This document shows positions 19,738-30,520 of a stretch of DNA of 64,000 nucleotides, piece after piece. A model generated the notes under the pieces. The model was given only the letters and a program-made list of their open reading frames with translations. It did not search any database and had not been told where the DNA came from. Source of the stretch: an uncultured Gemmatimonadales bacterium (GTDB taxonomy: Bacteria; Gemmatimonadota; Gemmatimonadetes; Gemmatimonadales; Gemmatimonadaceae). The translations under genes were made by a program, and so were the position numbers. Numbering within the stretch: the stretch's first letter is position 1; every line of letters begins with the position of its first letter. The DNA lies in the NCBI GenBank assembly GCA_963793305.1, contig CAWBZV010000002.1:512001-576000 (forward strand). The letters run 5' to 3'.

Positions 19738-20668
19738 GATGATATCTCGTGAGTCGATCGAAGCCGCGGCATCGCGGATCCGGCCCTATATCCGCGAGAC
19801 CCCGGTCGAACCGTCGGACAACAATGTCTGGCTCAAATGCGAGCAGATGCAACGGTCGGGCTCATTCAAGTTACGCGGAGCCCTGAACAGTATTCTATCG
19901 CTGTCGCCGGACGCGCTCGCCCGCGGCGTCGTGACCGCGTCCACTGGCAACCATGGTCGCGCCGTGGCGACGGCGCTCGCCGCCGTCGGTGCGCGCGGCA
20001 CGGTGTACCTCCCGCACAGCGCGCCCGCCGTGAAAGTGCGGGCCTTGCGCCGGTTCTCGAATGTCGAATTGGTGTTCGAGGGCGAAGAGGGTGGCGCGAC
20101 GGAGCTCGCTGCCCGGTCGGTCGCCGAACGCGAGGGTCGCCCGTATATCTCTCCCTACAACGATGCCACGGTCATTGCGGGGCAGGGGACCCTCGGCCTC
20201 GAGTTCGCCGCTCAATGCCCGTCGCTCGACGCCGTGTTCGTCGCCGTCGGCGGTGGAGGCTTGATCTCGGGCATCGCTTCGGCGATGCGTTGCCAGATCG
20301 TCGGGTGCTGGCCCGAGCACTCCGTCGCGATGTACGAGAGCATGCGAGCCGGCGAGATCGTCGCGCCGCCCGAGCGACCAACGCTGTCCGACGCGACCGC
20401 CGGCAGCGTGGAGCCGGGCGCCATCACCCTCGATCTCTGCCGCTCGCTGATCGATGAGTGCGTCCTCGTGAGCGAAGCCGAGATCGCCGACGCCATTCGA
20501 TTCATGGTCGCCGAGCATCAGATGATCATCGAGGGCGCCGCGGGCGTCGCCGTCGCGGCATTTCGCAAGACGGCGTCACGCTACGCCGGCCGCTCGGTCG
20601 GCATCGTGCTCTGCGGTGGCAACATCGGCTTCGACACGCTCCGAACCATTATCTGCGAGACACCATGA
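19736..20668 (+). CDS. PLP-dependent threonine/serine dehydratase family
   Basis: QRSGSFKLRGA (PLP Lys), ASTGNHG, VGGGGL, CGGN. Confidence 0.92.
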   Translation: MMISRESIEAAASRIRPYIRETPVEPSDNNVWLKCEQMQRSGSFKLRGALNSILSLSPDALARGVVTASTGNHGRAVATALAAVGARGTVYLPHSAPAVKVRALRRFSNVELVFEGEEGGATELAARSVAEREGRPYISPYNDATVIAGQGTLGLEFAAQCPSLDAVFVAVGGGGLISGIASAMRCQIVGCWPEHSVAMYESMRAGEIVAPPERPTLSDATAGSVEPGAITLDLCRSLIDECVLVSEAEIADAIRFMVAEHQMIIEGAAGVAVAAFRKTASRYAGRSVGIVLCGGNIGFDTLRTIICETP

Positions 20669-20955
20669 TTCTCCTCGCGCTATCTCTCCTGGTCACGGTC
20701 CAGACCCGTGCGCTGCCGCCACAACCCGCGTCTACCGTCACCGTCGCCGCGCCCGCGACCGCGCCACAGGGTGTCCTCGAACCGCCCATCGTGCCGCCGC
20801 GCACGGCGGTGGGCGCAAGCGCCTCGCCACCCGAGCCACCCGACCCGTCCGTCTATCCGGAAACGACGCGCATGACGCGCATAGCCCGGCGCATGCTGGC
20901 GACGATCGCTGTTGGCGGGGGTGTCGCCCTGCTCGTCCATACATGCGCGGGTTAG
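20665..20955 (+). CDS. Small exported/membrane Pro-rich hypothetical protein
   Basis: ATGA overlap; MILLALSLLV signal-like start and hydrophobic C-terminus. Confidence 0.55.
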   Translation: MILLALSLLVTVQTRALPPQPASTVTVAAPATAPQGVLEPPIVPPRTAVGASASPPEPPDPSVYPETTRMTRIARRMLATIAVGGGVALLVHTCAG

Positions 20956-21668
20956 CCGGCAAGCGTGTACTCGTCACGGGCGGGACGAGTGGGATCGGCG
21001 CGGCGACCGCCGAACGGTTCGTCGAGGAGGGCGCCCACGTGTGGATTCTCGGCCGCACGGCCGATGCGAACGCTCCGCGCTCGATCGTGGCCGATGTCGC
21101 CGACGCCGCGGACGTGGCGCGGGCGTTCGAGCGAATGGACGCCGAGGCAGGCGGAATCGACGTGGTGATCAACAACGCCGGCGTCGGCTCTCGCCACGAG
21201 TTTGTGGAGATGCCGCTCGACGAATGGCGCCGCGTGCTCGACATAAACCTCACGGGTGCCATGCACGTGGCCCAGCAGGCCGCGCGGCGTATGCTCGCCC
21301 AGGGCGGTGGCGTGATCCTGAACAATGGCTCGACCAACGGGATCGTCGGCTATCGGGGATACGCGCACTACAACTCGTCCAAGGCCGCGCTCATCGAGCT
21401 CACCAAGACGCTCGCGCTCGAGTTGGCGCCGACGATTCGAGTCAACGTCGTTTGCCCGGGCTACATCCTGACGCCGATGCAGGAGGCCGAGTACACCCCG
21501 GCCATGATGCGCGAGCTCGAGGCGAAGATCCCGTTGCGCCGCCAAGGACGCCCGGCCGAGGTGGCAGCGCTGTTCGCCTTCCTCGCGTCGGACGATGCGG
21601 AGTTCTTGACGGGGCAGACCTACGTGATTGACGGTGGCGAGACCGCCGGCGGCCTAGCGAGTCGCTAG
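20943..21668 (+). CDS. SDR family oxidoreductase
   Basis: TGGTSGIG, NNAG, YNSSK, NVVCPG. Confidence 0.93.
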   Translation: MRGLAGKRVLVTGGTSGIGAATAERFVEEGAHVWILGRTADANAPRSIVADVADAADVARAFERMDAEAGGIDVVINNAGVGSRHEFVEMPLDEWRRVLDINLTGAMHVAQQAARRMLAQGGGVILNNGSTNGIVGYRGYAHYNSSKAALIELTKTLALELAPTIRVNVVCPGYILTPMQEAEYTPAMMRELEAKIPLRRQGRPAEVAALFAFLASDDAEFLTGQTYVIDGGETAGGLASR

Positions 21669-22145
21669 CGGCTGCGTCGCGGCGTGCGTGGCCATGATCT
21701 GCGCGGTCGGCCGCACGACGGCGTCGACATTGACGGGTTGCCCATTGGCGAGAATCACGGTCACTCGCACGTGCTCCCCTTGGCGCAGCTCACGTTGAAG
21801 ACCAGCGAGCATGACGTGTGGCCCAGGCGGCGCGAACGTGCTGCTCGCCCCACCCGGGATCGCGAGTCGCCGCAAGAGGGCAGTGCGGACCGTGTCGCCA
21901 TCGCGAAAGTGCTGGAAGATCGCGACCGTTCGCGCCGACGAGGACAGCACATCGACGATGTCGACCGGGTGCGCATCATGGTTCGTGAGTGTCATCGACA
22001 GCACCGCCGTGTCGCCGACCGGTGCGGCATTGACCCATGCCGTCTGTGCCACCACCTGCTGGTGACTCGGACCACACACGGCCAGCGTGGCGACAACGGC
22101 AACGAAAGCGGCCGCTGTGAGATAGACCGATCGCGAACGGCGCAC
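21654..22145 (-). CDS. Copper chaperone PCu(A)C family protein
   Basis: Signal peptide, AWV..., IPGG...FAPPGPHVMLAGLQREL..GEHVRVT; start uncertain. Confidence 0.75.
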   Translation of the reverse strand: MRRSRSVYLTAAAFVAVVATLAVCGPSHQQVVAQTAWVNAAPVGDTAVLSMTLTNHDAHPVDIVDVLSSSARTVAIFQHFRDGDTVRTALLRRLAIPGGASSTFAPPGPHVMLAGLQRELRQGEHVRVTVILANGQPVNVDAVVRPTAQIMATHAATQPLATR

Positions 22146-22282
22146 GATGTTGAGAACCCCCAAACCTCGATAACGTTCCCGCCACATGTGACGGGTTGAC
22201 ACTATAAGATACGCGTAACCGGTCTCCGCCGTTATCGGTCTGCCAGACGGGCAACTTCGGGGCGCCTTGATAGATTAGCCGT

Positions 22283-24191
22283 ATGCCTCTCCTCCCCCTC
22301 CTTTCGGCGCTCCTGACGTTAGTCCCGCCTTCGCATTCCGCGCGGCGGTTCTCCAACGTGTCGATCTCCCCGGATGGACACCTGGTCGCCTGGGTAGGCC
22401 CAGGCCCCTCGGACACTTCCGGCGGCACGCCAGGCGTTGTGATCGTCGACCGCCGGCGTCCAACAGCGGCTCTCCGCACGCTTGGCGCGGGGTATGACCT
22501 GGCCTGGTCGCCCGATAGTCGCTCGCTCGCTTTCCTGGGGGCCGGAGGCACCCTGATGCTCGTGACCGTCGCGGATGGCCAGTCGCGCGTGGTAGCGACC
22601 ATCCCAGGGGAGATGCACGACGCCCGCTTCTCACCGGACGGAAAAAGCATCGCGGTGCTCTATTCGAGACCTGAGGAGATCGCGTTTGGCCCAACCCAGG
22701 CCGCCCCGCGCGACACCGGTGTGATCGGCGATCAAGTCGACCGCCAGCACCTCGGCGTGATCGATCTCGCAACGGGGCGCCTCAAGGTCGCGACTCCAGC
22801 GGATCTCTATGTCTACGAATACGATTGGGCTCCCGACGCTCACAGGCTCGTGATCAGCGCCGCCACCGGTTCCGGCAACAACAATTGGTGGACTGCGCGC
22901 CTCTACACGGTGTCGGCGGACTCCGGCTCCCCGACCGAGATCGCCCGACCCTCGACGCAAATCGCCGTGCCGCGCTGGTCAACGGACGGCTCCGAGATCG
23001 CCTATATCGGCGGCATCATGAGCGACCAGGGGTCGACCGGCGGAGACGTCTGGGTCGTCGCGGCCTCAGGCGGAACACCCAAGGATCTGACTCCATCCGC
23101 TACGATCAGCCCGTCAGATTTGGCATGGACCGTTACGCCGCACCAGCTCGTCGTATCGGCTTGGGCCAGCGGCGCATCGGATATCGTATCGCTCGACACC
23201 CGGACAGGCGATGCGCATACGCTCGCTCACATCAACGCCCACGTGACCGGCGGCGCATTCGTTCCCTCGGTCTCGGTGTCGCATGATGGCCAAACGGTAG
23301 CAGCAGCACGCGAATCTCTAGGAGAGCCGCCGGAAGTCTGGGCGGGGCCGCCGGCACATCTGGAGCAAGTGACGCATGCGAACGCCGGCGTGACGCCCGC
23401 CTACGGGCGTGCCGAAAGCGTCGAGTGGAAGAGCGACGCGTTCACCGTGCAGGGCTGGCTCATTTACCCGGCTGACTTCAAGCCGGGCACTCGCTATCCG
23501 ATGATCGTGCAGGTTCATGGCGGTCCGGCCGCCGCGGTCCCGGCGCGTTGGATGTCTGAGCAATCGACGTCATCGGTGCTCTCGCGCGACGGTTACTTCG
23601 TGTTCATGCCGAACCCGCGCGGCAGCTATGGGCAAGGCGAGGCGTTCACGAAAGCCAACGTGAAGGATTTCGGCTACGGCGATCTCCGTGACGTGATGGC
23701 CGGCGTCGACACGGTGCTGCGTCGATTCCCGGTCGACAGCGCGCGCCTGGGTCTCACCGGCTGGAGCTACGGTGGGTACATGACGATGTGGGGCGTCACC
23801 CAGACCAACCGCTTCAAGGCCGCGGTCGCCGGCGCCGGCATCTCCGATTGGCTGAGCTACACGGGTGAGAACGGCATCGACGAATGGATGCTTCCCATAC
23901 TTCGGCGCCACCGCGTACGACGATCCGGCGGTGTACGCGAAGAGCTCGCCGATCAATTACATCCGGCGAGCCCACACGCCGACACTCGTCGTCGTCGGCG
24001 AGCGCGACGTCGAGTGTCCCGCGCCGCAGTCGTATGAGTTCTGGCGCGGGCTCGAACGCAACGGCGTGACCACGCAGCTCGTCGTCTACCCCGACGAAGG
24101 GCATGGCATCCGGAATCCCGCCCATACGCGCGATCTCCAGGAGCGCACGATCCGGTGGTTTGATCAATACTTAAAAGCTCCGGCTATGTAG
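22283..24191 (+). CDS. S9 family (prolyl oligopeptidase/acylaminoacyl) peptidase; frameshift at ~23896
   Basis: PD40-like propeller (SPDG), VHGGP, NPRGS, GWSYGG; catalytic Asp (GERD) and His (DEGH) in the +1 frame. Confidence 0.9.
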
Positions 24192-24346
24192 GAGGTCGAA
24201 AGCGGGCTCATCGCATTGATAGGGGTCGTGCGTATTGGTCCAGCAGGCGCTGCCAGTACGCGATGTACTCCTAAACAGTTCGAACGAGGCCCGCTTGCCG
24301 AAAAACGGTTGCCTGCACACCGTTGGAGTCATCTGTGTAGTGACAC

Positions 24347-26806
24347 GTGGATAAGATACTCCAGTCCATCGCGCCGCTCCTCGATGCCACGAGCGACGCC
24401 ATCATAGTAGTCGATGACGCGGGGCGCTTCGTGTATTCCAACAGAGCCGCCGCGGAAGCACTCGGACGTACGCCCGAGGCGCTCATCGGCAGGCCCATCG
24501 CCGAATTCTACCCAGCGCCACTCGGCGCGGTGCTCAAGCGCGTCACCGAGAACGGACCCGAGGTTGTCGAAGGCCTGCGCACGCCGTCCGGTCGCATCTA
24601 TGATGTCACCGTAGTTCCCGTACGAGGCGGGATGGCGATCCAGTCTCGCGACGTGACCAACCGCGTTCGCGCCGACGAGTCACGGCGCGAAAGCGAGGCG
24701 CGGTTCCGCCTCGTGACAGAATCCGCACCCGTTGGCGTTTTCTTGGCAGACCCGCGCGGACAGATCGTCTACGTCAACCCGTTCCTTCGCGAGGTCCTGG
24801 GCCGGGGTGACACGGAGCTGATCGGCCGTGATTGGGTGCAGTGGGTCCACCCCGATGATGCACATCGCGTAGGCGTCGAGTGGAGCGTCTTCCGAAAGGG
24901 CGACGTGCGCTTGCTCGACCACGTCTATCGTTTTTCCCGTTCCACGGGTGAAATCCGATGGGTACGGGGACAGGTGCACCGCTTGCGACTGGCGAGCTCG
25001 GCGCCGACGGGGTTCGTCGGCACGGTCGAGGATGTCACACTCCGTCGGACGGCGGCTGAGCGGCAGCATGTACTGGCGGCGACGGTCGAGGCCAGCGCCG
25101 ATTTCGTCGTGCTCGCCGACGAGGCGATGCGCGTCACGCATATCAATCCGGCCGGTCTCTCGCTCATTGGCCTGACGGACGCCGGACCGGCCCTGCATCG
25201 TCCACTCTGCGACCTCATCGTCGGCGATGGCATCGCGTCGGTTCTCGCCAACACCGATCGGTGGACCGGCGAACTGGCGCTGCGCCATTGGACGTTGAGC
25301 GAGCCGATCGAAACCGAGGCCCACATCTTCGCCGTCCGCGAGGCGCCCGGCGGCCCGCGCACGGCGGTCGCCATGGTCGCGCGCGACATCCGGGAGCGGC
25401 GCCGGCACGAGGCGCGGCTCGAGGGGATCATTGCGTCGGCCATGGACGCGATCATCGGCATCGACAGCGCGGGCTGTATCGTGGTCTTTAATCAGGCCGC
25501 CGAAGCAATGTTGCGCGTGACCGCGGCCGAGGCCACTGGCACGCCGATCCATCGCTACATCCGGTACCTGCCCGCGAGCTCGGGTCGCCTCACCGTCCAT
25601 CGTGCCGATGGCACCGAATTCAGCGCCGAGGTGTCGGTCTCTCGCGTCGATGTCGGCGGGGAGCAGATCGCGACCGTCATGGTGCGAGACGTCACGGGCC
25701 GGCTCCAGATGGAAGAGCAGTTGCGGCAGGCGTCGAAGATGGAGGCAGTCGGCCAGCTCGCCGGGGGCATCGCGCATGACTTCAACAATCTGCTGACGGT
25801 CATCACGGCCTACAGCGGCATCTTGATGGAGACATTGGGCGATGCCACCGGCGAGTTGAAGGAGATCTCCGCGGCGGCGCGCCGTGCGGCGACGTTGACT
25901 CGACAGCTGCTGGCGTTCAGCCGCAAGCAGCTGCTCCAGCCGAAGGTGCTCGACATCAATGCCGTGATCGCCGATGTCGAGCCGATGCTCCAGCGCCTCA
26001 TTGGCGAGGACATTGAGATCGCCCTCTCGCTCGACGCGTCCATCGCGCCGGTGCGCATCGACCCCGGGCAGATCGAGCAGGTGTTGCTCAATCTCGCCGT
26101 GAACGCGCGCGACGCGATGCCACGCGGTGGTGTGCTGCGCATTGAAACGCATACGAAAGGGACGTTTGTGAGCCTGGTCGTTCGCGACACGGGGGTCGGG
26201 ATGGATGCGACCACCCAGTCGCGGGTGTTCGAGCCCTTCTTCACAACAAAGGAGCCGGGTCGCGGTACGGGACTTGGGCTAGCGACTGTCCAGGGCATCA
26301 TGCAGCAGTGCGGCGGCTCCGTCTCGGTAGAAAGCGCGCCTGGGGCAGGGGCAGCGTTCCACATCGTGTTTCCGGCGGTATCGGGCGGTCACGTCGCGGC
26401 GGAAACCCTGGAGGCCGGCGTCGTGGCGCAGCGTGGTACCGAGACGGTGCTGATCGCCGAGGACGATCCAGCCGTTCGGGAGCTCATGTGCACGCTGCTG
26501 GCGGCGAACGGCTACTCGGTGCTGCTGGCGTCGAATGGCGCCGAGGCGCTGGCGGTTGCATCGGCGACCAACGGGACGATCCAGCTCATTGTGACCGACG
26601 TGGTCATGCCGTCCCTCGGCGGCCGGGCGCTGGTCGACCGGCTTCGGGGGACGCGGCCGAACATTCGGGTGCTCTACGCCACGGGTTACGTTGGCGACGA
26701 GGTCGTCCGCCGGGGTGGCCTCGACCCATCGGCCAACCTCCTGCACAAGCCGTTCACGGCCGACCAACTTCTCACGGCAGTCCGCCGGGCCCTGGACTCA
26801 CAATAG
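24347..26806 (+). CDS. Multi-PAS hybrid sensor histidine kinase with receiver
   Basis: About 4 PAS domains, AHDFNN H-box, NARDAM, GTGLGL, C-terminal REC (AEDD...TDVVMP...KPF). Confidence 0.93.
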   Translation: MDKILQSIAPLLDATSDAIIVVDDAGRFVYSNRAAAEALGRTPEALIGRPIAEFYPAPLGAVLKRVTENGPEVVEGLRTPSGRIYDVTVVPVRGGMAIQSRDVTNRVRADESRRESEARFRLVTESAPVGVFLADPRGQIVYVNPFLREVLGRGDTELIGRDWVQWVHPDDAHRVGVEWSVFRKGDVRLLDHVYRFSRSTGEIRWVRGQVHRLRLASSAPTGFVGTVEDVTLRRTAAERQHVLAATVEASADFVVLADEAMRVTHINPAGLSLIGLTDAGPALHRPLCDLIVGDGIASVLANTDRWTGELALRHWTLSEPIETEAHIFAVREAPGGPRTAVAMVARDIRERRRHEARLEGIIASAMDAIIGIDSAGCIVVFNQAAEAMLRVTAAEATGTPIHRYIRYLPASSGRLTVHRADGTEFSAEVSVSRVDVGGEQIATVMVRDVTGRLQMEEQLRQASKMEAVGQLAGGIAHDFNNLLTVITAYSGILMETLGDATGELKEISAAARRAATLTRQLLAFSRKQLLQPKVLDINAVIADVEPMLQRLIGEDIEIALSLDASIAPVRIDPGQIEQVLLNLAVNARDAMPRGGVLRIETHTKGTFVSLVVRDTGVGMDATTQSRVFEPFFTTKEPGRGTGLGLATVQGIMQQCGGSVSVESAPGAGAAFHIVFPAVSGGHVAAETLEAGVVAQRGTETVLIAEDDPAVRELMCTLLAANGYSVLLASNGAEALAVASATNGTIQLIVTDVVMPSLGGRALVDRLRGTRPNIRVLYATGYVGDEVVRRGGLDPSANLLHKPFTADQLLTAVRRALDSQ

Positions 26807-26817
26807 ATTAACGACCT

Positions 26818-27738
26818 ATGAGTGGGTCGTTCGTTCCGGTCCTCCTACCGGAGCCCCAGCCTGCGCCCATGCCCGTCGCGACCGACTTGCGCGTGGCATT
26901 CCAGGGCGAGGCAGGCTCGTTCAGCGAGCAGGCCGTTGTCCAACTGTGGCGTGGGACGGCGCAGCCGGTCTCGATGCGAACGTTCGACGACGTCATGGAC
27001 GCCGCCGAGAGCGGTGAGGTCGACTACGGGATTGTTCCAATCGAGAGTACCCTCGTGGGAGGGGTCAACGTCGCGTACGATCTGCTGGCCATGCACGAAG
27101 GTCTCGCGGTGGTTGCCGAGACCATCGTGCCGATTCACCTGAGCCTCTTGGGACTGCCGGGCGCTTCTATAGGTCGACTCAAGTCGCTGCTCAGCCACCC
27201 GATCATGCTCGCCCAGTGCGCGTACTTCTTGGACGCCCACCGGCATATATACCCCGAGCCAGCGTGGGACACCGCGGGCGCCGCGCGCACGGTGGTCGAG
27301 CGTGGGGATCCCACGGTAGCCGCGGCGGCCGCGCCGCTGGCGGCGGAGCGGTTCGGGCTCGAGGTGCTCAAGGAGCACATCGAGGATCGGCTGGATACGA
27401 TGATGCGATTCTTGGCCGTGGCGACCGACCCGGAGTCTCCCGCGGCCGGCGTTCCGTCGCGCACCGCGGTGTTGTTCGCGGTGCCGGACAACGCGGGCGC
27501 GCTTCTCTCCGTCGTCGCACCACTCGCGGCCGCGGGATTCAACGTCAGCCACCTGACCTCGCGCCCGACGCGCGAGCCGTGGCGGTATCAGTTCTTCATG
27601 GAGTTCGACCACGTCGGACGCGATGCGCGCGCGGCCGAAGCCATCGGCGAGATTCGTCGCGTCTCGACGGTGTCCCGACTGCTCGGCACGTTCGCGCGCT
27701 GGCCGGCCCCCACCCGTGACACGTCCTCGCTGGCCTGA
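26818..27738 (+). CDS. pheA: Prephenate dehydratase with ACT domain
   Basis: VAFQGEAGSFSE, VPIES, SHP..LAQC, MRF, SRP, YQFF. Confidence 0.88.
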   Translation: MSGSFVPVLLPEPQPAPMPVATDLRVAFQGEAGSFSEQAVVQLWRGTAQPVSMRTFDDVMDAAESGEVDYGIVPIESTLVGGVNVAYDLLAMHEGLAVVAETIVPIHLSLLGLPGASIGRLKSLLSHPIMLAQCAYFLDAHRHIYPEPAWDTAGAARTVVERGDPTVAAAAAPLAAERFGLEVLKEHIEDRLDTMMRFLAVATDPESPAAGVPSRTAVLFAVPDNAGALLSVVAPLAAAGFNVSHLTSRPTREPWRYQFFMEFDHVGRDARAAEAIGEIRRVSTVSRLLGTFARWPAPTRDTSSLA

Positions 27739-28852
27739 CACGGCGCTGACCGCACGGCTCGGTCTTCGCTATCCGGTCATCCTCGCGCCCATGGCCGGCG
27801 GGCCGTCGACGCCGGAGCTCGTCGCCGCGGTATCGAACGAGGGCGGCCTGGGCATGCTGGGCGCGGGGTACCTCGCTCCCGATGCCATTCGCTCCGCGAT
27901 TCGCTCGATTCGCGCGCTGACGGACCGTCCGTTCGGCGTCAACCTGTTCGTTCCGGATCCGGCTCGGGACCCCGATGCCGTCGTCGAAGCAGTCGCGCGT
28001 TCCCGAGCGCTGCTCGAACCCTTCGCCGTGGAACTAGGAGTAACCCTCCCGTCTGAATTGTACCCGGTCGATTTCGACGCCCAAGCCGCCGTGCTCGTCG
28101 AAGAACGCGTCGCAGTGGTCAGTGTCACGTTCGGCGTCATGAGCGCGCGTTGGATCGCGGCGTTCCAATGGATCGGCACAGTTGTCATTGGCACCGCGTC
28201 GACGGTGGCCGAGGGCAAGGCACTGGAAGACAGTGGCGTAGACTTCGTCGTCGCGCAGGGGTCTGAAGCCGGAGCCCACCGCGCGACGTTTCTCGCGCCA
28301 GTCGCCCGATCCTTGATCGGCACCATGGCCCTCGTGCCGATGATGGTCGACGCGCTCACCGTGCCGGTCATCGCATCAGGCGGCATCATGGACGGCCGCG
28401 GCGTCGCTGCCGCCCACATGCTTGGCGCCGTGGGAACGCAGCTCGGCACGGCATTTCTCGCCACACCCGAGAGCGGTGCGCCGGCGCCCCACAAGGCCGC
28501 GGTGCTGACGGCGACCGAGGAGAGCACGGGCGTCACGCGCGTCTATTCAGGTCGTGCGGCTCGCGGCGTGCTCAATCGTCTCGCGCGCGAGCTCGAGCCG
28601 CACGAGGCCGAGTTACCCCCGTATCCGTTGCAGAACGCCCTCACGCGCGATATCCGCATCGCGGCCGCGCGCGCGGGCAACCCTGATCTAATGTCGTTAT
28701 TCGCGGGGCAGGGCACTCGGCTTGCCACCGACCTGCCCGCGGCCCATGTCTTTCGCCGAATCGTCCGCGAGACCGTCGATCTCTTCGATGCGCTGGAGGT
28801 GCCGCCCGCCCTCGAAGGGAGTCGTAAGCCAGGTGTTGAGGATGTCCCGTAG
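27716..28852 (+). CDS. Nitronate monooxygenase family (FMN) protein
   Basis: ILAPMAGG, PFGVNLF, AQGSEAGAH, ASGGIMDG, QLGTAF, SGRAARG; GTG start inferred. Confidence 0.9.
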   Translation: MTRPRWPDTALTARLGLRYPVILAPMAGGPSTPELVAAVSNEGGLGMLGAGYLAPDAIRSAIRSIRALTDRPFGVNLFVPDPARDPDAVVEAVARSRALLEPFAVELGVTLPSELYPVDFDAQAAVLVEERVAVVSVTFGVMSARWIAAFQWIGTVVIGTASTVAEGKALEDSGVDFVVAQGSEAGAHRATFLAPVARSLIGTMALVPMMVDALTVPVIASGGIMDGRGVAAAHMLGAVGTQLGTAFLATPESGAPAPHKAAVLTATEESTGVTRVYSGRAARGVLNRLARELEPHEAELPPYPLQNALTRDIRIAAARAGNPDLMSLFAGQGTRLATDLPAAHVFRRIVRETVDLFDALEVPPALEGSRKPGVEDVP

Positions 28853-29198
28853 CATCGCCTCTGGAATCAACCGCTCTCCGAGCGACAAGACGTTCGAGTC
28901 GTTATGCGCGCGCGCGAAGCGCGCCGCATCGACATTCCAGCAGATGGTGCACCGTATGCCGCGGATGCGATTGGCGACGATGGCCTCGCCATTACCGGAC
29001 CCACCGAGCACGATCCCGCGCTCGTAATCCCCGATGGCCACGGCTTCCGCGACCGGCCGGATGAACAACGGATAGTCGACGGATTCAATCGAATTCGTTC
29101 CGAAATCGTCGAACGTCGTGTCCCGCTTCGCGAAGCCAGCCGATGATGAGCCCTTTGTATCGAAAGCCGGCGTGGTCCGAACCGATCGCGATTTTCAC
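28697..29198 (-). CDS. rpiB: Ribose-5-phosphate isomerase B; frameshift at ~29112
   Basis: GTG-KIAIGSDHAG, VDYP, GGSGNGE, ARAHNDSN, FEGGRH. Confidence 0.9.
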
Positions 29199-29208
29199 GG
29201 ATGTCGCC

Positions 29209-29751
29209 TCACACCGCGGGTGCGCCGAACCGGGTCACGTATCGCTCGATCGACCGATTGATCTCGACGAAGGCCGCCTCGTGTCCTTGCCAACCGAGAA
29301 TCTGTACGCGCTTGCCTTCGAGATCCTTGTAGATCTCGAAAAAGTGCGCGATCTCGCGCAGGGTGTGCGGCGGAATGTCGGCGAGGTCGAAGAACTCGTT
29401 CTGGGTCGGATCTTCGGCGGGCACGCCGAGGATCTTATCGTCGGGGTCTCCCCGGTCCAGCATCTTGAGCACGCCGATGGGCCGCACGTCGATGCGGCAG
29501 CCGGGGAACGTCGGTTCTTTGATCAGGACAAGGACGTCACACGGATCGCCATCTTCCGCCAGCGTCCGTGGAATGAACCCATAATCACCGGGATAGTGCA
29601 CGGCGGAGTACAGGACGCGGTCGAGGCTGAACAAACCGGTGTCCTTGTCCAACTCGTACTTGTTGCGGCTGCGACTGGGTATCTCGATCACGGCCGAGAC
29701 CTCGCGCGGAACGTCTTTGCCGACGGCGAGATCGTGCCAGGGATGTATCAT
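29209..29751 (-). CDS. ppa: Inorganic pyrophosphatase (family I)
   Basis: KYELDK, YGFIPRT, DGDPCD, DDKI. Confidence 0.95.
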   Translation of the reverse strand: MIHPWHDLAVGKDVPREVSAVIEIPSRSRNKYELDKDTGLFSLDRVLYSAVHYPGDYGFIPRTLAEDGDPCDVLVLIKEPTFPGCRIDVRPIGVLKMLDRGDPDDKILGVPAEDPTQNEFFDLADIPPHTLREIAHFFEIYKDLEGKRVQILGWQGHEAAFVEINRSIERYVTRFGAPAV

Positions 29752-29825
29752 GGAACGCATGCTATGAGGTGTCGCTGTGCGGCGCCAGGTCTGGACAGTC
29801 GCGCACGGTGTTACTATATCGGGCC

Positions 29826-30308
29826 ATGCCTGCCGAGCTATCTATCATCATCGAGCGCTTGGGTTTGGCGACGCTCACGGGCGCCGCCATCGGTCTCAAC
29901 CGCAAGCTGCACGGCAAGCCCGTCGGCATTCGGACGCACTCGCTCGTGGCGTTAGCCTCGGCCATGCTCGTCTACGTGAGCTACGGTGCTGCGGGCCTGA
30001 TCAATGGCCCCCCGGTGCCGCAGACGGTGCAGGGCATCGTGACCGGTATTGGTTTCGTCGGTGCGGGCGTGATCTTGCACCGGTCGGGGAGCAAGAACCG
30101 GATCACCGGCTTGACGACGGCCAGCGCCCTGTGGTTTACGGCAGCCCTTGGTGTGGCGTGTGGCGCGGGTCTTTTCATCCCAGCGATCGTGGCAACCGTC
30201 ATCGCTTTGGTCGTACTTATCATCGGTGGCCCCATCGAGGGGTACATCGAGACCCATTTTCGCAAAACGGAATCGATCCCACCGCCACCGGAGCCGCCCG
30301 TCGAGTGA
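29826..30308 (+). CDS. MgtC/SapB family membrane protein
   Basis: GIRTH, GIGFVGAG, GLTTASALW. Confidence 0.9.
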   Translation: MPAELSIIIERLGLATLTGAAIGLNRKLHGKPVGIRTHSLVALASAMLVYVSYGAAGLINGPPVPQTVQGIVTGIGFVGAGVILHRSGSKNRITGLTTASALWFTAALGVACGAGLFIPAIVATVIALVVLIIGGPIEGYIETHFRKTESIPPPPEPPVE

Positions 30309-30357
30309 TATATTGGGTGGCGCGATCGTCTTGAAAACGGAGAGCATAGGAGACGTC

Positions 30358-30519
30358 ATGGACGACAAGAAGCTTCTCGCGCTGGCGAAGAAAAACGCGG
30401 CGAAGGCGCAGCCGAAGAAGCCAGCTGTCCCGAAGTACGACTCGACGCTTCCGCCGGAGCCAGAGGGCGCCGAGGACGTCAAGCGCTTTTTCAAGGAAAT
30501 GAAGAAACGGGATTTTTAA
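30358..30519 (+). CDS. Small basic hypothetical protein (53 aa)
   Basis: AGGAG RBS; MDDKKLLALAKKN...FFKEMKKRDF. Confidence 0.7.
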   Translation: MDDKKLLALAKKNAAKAQPKKPAVPKYDSTLPPEPEGAEDVKRFFKEMKKRDF

Positions 30520-30520
30520 C

